From: Deltaproteobacteria bacterium
GTDB lineage: Bacteria; Myxococcota_A; UBA796; SXON01
Length of the DNA stretch: 64,000 bases
Assembly: GCA_014191855.1 (NCBI GenBank)
Contig: BJHF01000010.1
Coordinates: 1,121-65,120 of the forward strand
Direction of reading: 5' to 3'
Of this stretch, positions 61,230 through 64,000 are shown piece by piece. Within the stretch, counting starts at the first letter, position 1. Each line of letters starts with the position of its first letter. The translations under genes were made by a program, and so were the position numbers. A model generated the notes under the pieces. That model saw nothing but the letters and a program-made list of their open reading frames with translations, searched no databases and had not been told where the DNA came from.

Positions 61230-61727
61230 TCCGGAGTCGCCTGGACGCGGATCGCTTCGAGGGCGGAGACGTTGGCGAGCATCGCGAAAGTTGTATTCTC
61301 GTTGGCGGAGACTGCGCAACTTTCGTCATCCGATCGCGGCGCCTCGCCGTTGCGGGTGGGGACCTCGGTTCCCAGACGGCAGCGGGGTCTGCAACCTCTA
61401 GCGATTACTGCGTGTCGCGACGAAGGTCACTGTTCGTTGATTCTCACAACCACTGGGGCGGCCGGTCCCCCCTTGCGTTGCGAGAACGTTCCGGAGGGGA
61501 ATTTCTCGGATCGGGCGGGGCGAGGGCCTCGCACTGCCCGATGTGAGAGTTTATGAGCTGAAATGCTCTCATATCTCGGAGGGGGGGTCTCACATCCTCG
61601 AGGGCGGCTCGGCCCCCACGATGCAATGAGAATCGCGCTGCGATGATGCGCCTGAGTGGCGGCCGAGCTCAAGCGAGTCGTGCACCACGTAGGTCTCAGA
61701 GGGCAGACGCGGAGGGGTGTGGCGACG

Positions 61728-62918
61728 TCACACCTCGATCAACATCCGCTCCGGGTCCTCCACGCACTCCTTGATGCGCACCAGGAATCCCACGGCCTCG
61801 CGCCCGTCCAGCAGGCGGTGATCGTAGCTCACGGCGAGGTACATCATCGGCCGAATGACAATTTGATCGTCCACCACGACCGCGCGCTTTTGGATGGCGT
61901 GCATGCCGAGGATCGCGACCTGCGGGGGGTTGAGGATCGGCGTGCTCATCATCGAGCCGAAGGTGCCGCCGTTGCTGATGGTGAAGCTGCCCCCAGTGAG
62001 GTCGTCCACGCCGATCTGGTTGGCCTTGGCCCGCTCGCCGAACGCGGCGATCGCTTTTTCGGTGCCGGCGAAGGAGAGCCGGTCGGCGTCGCGAATCACG
62101 GGGACGACGAGTCCGCGTGGGCCGCTCACCGCCACCCCGATGTGGAAGTAGTGCTTGTAGACGATGTCGGTGCCGCGAACCTCCGCGTTGGCGGAGGGAA
62201 ACGCCTTGAGCGCCTCGATGGTGGCCTTCACGAAGAAGCTCATGAACCCCATCTTCACGCCGTATTTCTTCACGAAGCGGTCCTGATAGCGCTCGCGCAG
62301 CGCCATGACGGCTGACATGTCGACTTCGTTGAAGGTTGTCAGGATCGCGGCCGTGCTCTGCGCCTCCACGAGCCGCTGCGCGATACGACGGCGCAGGGTG
62401 GTCATGGGGATGACTTCTTCGTCGGCTGCCGGAGCCGAGGGTGAGGGCGGCGCCGGGGGCGATTTGGGCGCCACAGGCGCGGGCGTCGTTTTCGCTGCGA
62501 CCGCCTTCTCCACGTCGCCCCGGGTGATGCGCCCGCTCGCGCCGCTGGGCTGCACGTCGGTTTGGTTCAAGCCGGCTTCCGCCATCGCAGCGCGCACGGC
62601 GGGGCCGGAGCGGGGCTCGGGGGACGGCGCTGGTGGCGCGATGGGCGCGGGTGCCGTTGAGGCGTGGACGGCGTCGGACGACGGCTCCTCGATCCGCGCC
62701 AGCACCGCCCCGATCGGCAGCTCCTGCCCCTCCTCCGCGAGGATCGCCTCGATCCGCCCCGCGGCGGGCGACGGAATCTCCAACGTCGCCTTGTCGGAGT
62801 CCAGCGTGACGATCGGCTCGTCCACCGCCACCAGGTCCCCGACCTTCTTGTGCCACCTCGCTACGATCGCCGACTTCACCGACTCACCGAGCGAGGGGAC
62901 CACCAGCTCCACCGACAT
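61728..62918 (-). CDS. sucB: Dihydrolipoyllysine-residue succinyltransferase (E2 of 2-oxoglutarate dehydrogenase)
   Basis: 396 aa. The lipoyl domain is [15 protein letters not shown], followed by an Ala/Pro linker. The catalytic C-terminus is [33 protein letters not shown]. Confidence 0.9.
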   Translation of the reverse strand: MSVELVVPSLGESVKSAIVARWHKKVGDLVAVDEPIVTLDSDKATLEIPSPAAGRIEAILAEEGQELPIGAVLARIEEPSSDAVHASTAPAPIAPPAPSPEPRSGPAVRAAMAEAGLNQTDVQPSGASGRITRGDVEKAVAAKTTPAPVAPKSPPAPPSPSAPAADEEVIPMTTLRRRIAQRLVEAQSTAAILTTFNEVDMSAVMALRERYQDRFVKKYGVKMGFMSFFVKATIEALKAFPSANAEVRGTDIVYKHYFHIGVAVSGPRGLVVPVIRDADRLSFAGTEKAIAAFGERAKANQIGVDDLTGGSFTISNGGTFGSMMSTPILNPPQVAILGMHAIQKRAVVVDDQIVIRPMMYLAVSYDHRLLDGREAVGFLVRIKECVEDPERMLIEV

Positions 62919-63010
62919 CTGGACTCCGAGCCCGGCTCCCTAACCCGCCTTGGCCTTCGCCCACGCAGACGGGGATACCGGCGCAGCGCTTGGGGCCGTG
63001 GTTTCCGCGC

Positions 63011-63583
63011 TCACCCCCCGGCCCGCACCAGCGCCATCGACCCCATCTCCCGCAGCAAAAGCCGCCAGCGGTCCGGTCGCCGCCCCCAGGCGGGGGACAG
63101 GACCGGCCAGGGGAGGGGCTCCGCGAAGCCCAGCTTTCGAGCGAGGATCAGGGCGCGCGCGAGATGAAACGGCTCGGTGACCACGTACACCCGCACCGCT
63201 TCAGGGATGAGCCCGCGCGCGAACAGGAAGTTTCCATGGGTGTTCCGGCTCTTCTCCTCGATGAGGATGCGGTCGCTGGGGACCCCGGCGCGAAGCAGGA
63301 TCTCACGGGCAACCACGGCCTCGCCCGGAGGCCCCTGGTGGTGCGCGCCCGTGGCGACGACGAGCGGCGCGCGGCCTTCGTGGAACAACGCCGCTCCCGC
63401 CGTGGCGCGCGCGAGCAGGGAGCCTGAAGGTTGGCCGTTGGGCAATACGGCCGCACCAAGGACGATGATGGCATCGGCCGGTCCGGTCTCGGCCTCCAGC
63501 CGCGTTCCCGACATCACCGCGCTCACCGCCGCAGGCAACTCGGTGAGCGCCCGCAGGGGCAGGGCCGGGTCCCATCGACGCAT
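63011..63583 (-). CDS. YdcF/ElyC family (DUF218) protein
   Basis: 190 aa. AIIVLGAAVLPNGQPS, PLVVATGA, GEAVVAREIL and EEKSRNTHGN fit the DUF218 pattern. The ATG overlaps the upstream stop. Confidence 0.75.
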   Translation of the reverse strand: MRRWDPALPLRALTELPAAVSAVMSGTRLEAETGPADAIIVLGAAVLPNGQPSGSLLARATAGAALFHEGRAPLVVATGAHHQGPPGEAVVAREILLRAGVPSDRILIEEKSRNTHGNFLFARGLIPEAVRVYVVTEPFHLARALILARKLGFAEPLPWPVLSPAWGRRPDRWRLLLREMGSMALVRAGG

Positions 63584-63981
63584 CAGGCCTTCGGACGCCG
63601 AAGATACCAGAGCGCGCCGAGGATCCCGCCCACCACTAGCGCGCCGGGAACTAACTTCTGGGCGAGCTCCGGCGAGATGGCCGACCCGGCAGCTTCATCC
63701 TCCGCAGCGTCGATGTGGGCCACGCCGATCTGGGCGGTAGCGCGCGGCTTGTCGAGGCTCGCGATCTTCTCTTTGTCCCCCGGCTTGAGGCGGCCGTCGG
63801 TGTAGGTGGCCACGGGGGCGTACCAGTCGAACTGGGCGAAGGCCTTGTCGTGCTCGGGGACGGGGCTTTTGCGCCCCCGCCGTGCCCGGATGCCGTCAGC
63901 GAGGAAGCGCCGGTCGGCCGCGCTGAGCGTGTCGATGTGGGCGGGATCGAATGCTGTGTCCGCGCGCTGCAGCATCCACAC
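63583..63981 (-). CDS. Hypothetical protein with C-terminal TM helix (start may lie beyond the window)
   Basis: The track start is a GTG at 63981, but the frame stays open to nt 64000 (..LSRALA upstream). The C-terminus LVPGALVVGGILGALWYLRRPKA looks like a tail anchor. Confidence 0.5.
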   Translation of the reverse strand: MWMLQRADTAFDPAHIDTLSAADRRFLADGIRARRGRKSPVPEHDKAFAQFDWYAPVATYTDGRLKPGDKEKIASLDKPRATAQIGVAHIDAAEDEAAGSAISPELAQKLVPGALVVGGILGALWYLRRPKA

Positions 63982-64000
63982 CGCCAGAGCGCGGCTGAGA

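Noticed and set aside
1-64000. Looked for rRNA, CRISPR arrays, transposases, integrases, reverse transcriptases and phage structural genes.
   Set aside because: None was recognisable in any frame. The only mobility-flavoured genes are the HNH endonuclease and the two NTase modules.

Overview
Very GC-rich bacterial chromosomal window; third codon positions were almost all G/C in every frame I checked by hand. It is dense in Cys-lipobox lipoproteins, has two MYXO-CTERM-like tails, and has three proteins built from the Cys/Asp-rich putative metal-binding (MopE-like) repeat. Together these suggest Myxococcota or a close relative (inference). I can support about 60 protein genes, a six-member minus-strand tRNA operon (20191-20665), and several repeats and regulatory candidates. 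Housekeeping anchors are queD, fadH, rsgA, sucB, a class-III aminotransferase, an AI-2E transporter, an AlkD-like repair protein and a DjlA-like J protein that the ORF track misses at the left edge. Most of the rest encodes envelope or surface proteins with eukaryote-like extracellular domains (olfactomedin, thrombospondin type 3, VWA, lamin-tail, Kelch-like, L-type lectin). Observations most worth a second look: (1) two cloverleaf-sized but non-canonical tRNA-like genes (His-GUG and Asp-GUC anticodons) packed inside the tRNA operon, which lies directly upstream of an HNH endonuclease gene. (2) A SelW/Rdx-type selenoprotein gene hidden by an in-frame TGA, with a SECIS-like hairpin. (3) A six-gene translationally coupled envelope cluster with recurrent CX4CH motifs, DUF4266, DUF3570 and a beta-propeller fused to a di-haem peroxidase-like domain. 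(4) A four-gene lamin-tail-domain surface operon ending in a frameshifted OMP gene. (5) Two bare Ser/Thr kinases sandwiched between paralogous MopE-repeat/beta-helix lipoprotein operons. (6) Two DUF6036-like nucleotidyltransferase two-gene modules, one with an XRE regulator and a twin inverted-repeat operator. (7) A 51-nt tandem repeat in a lower-GC orphan region. I found no CRISPR array, rRNA, transposase or integrase. Everything here is read by eye; no database searches or folding programs were run.
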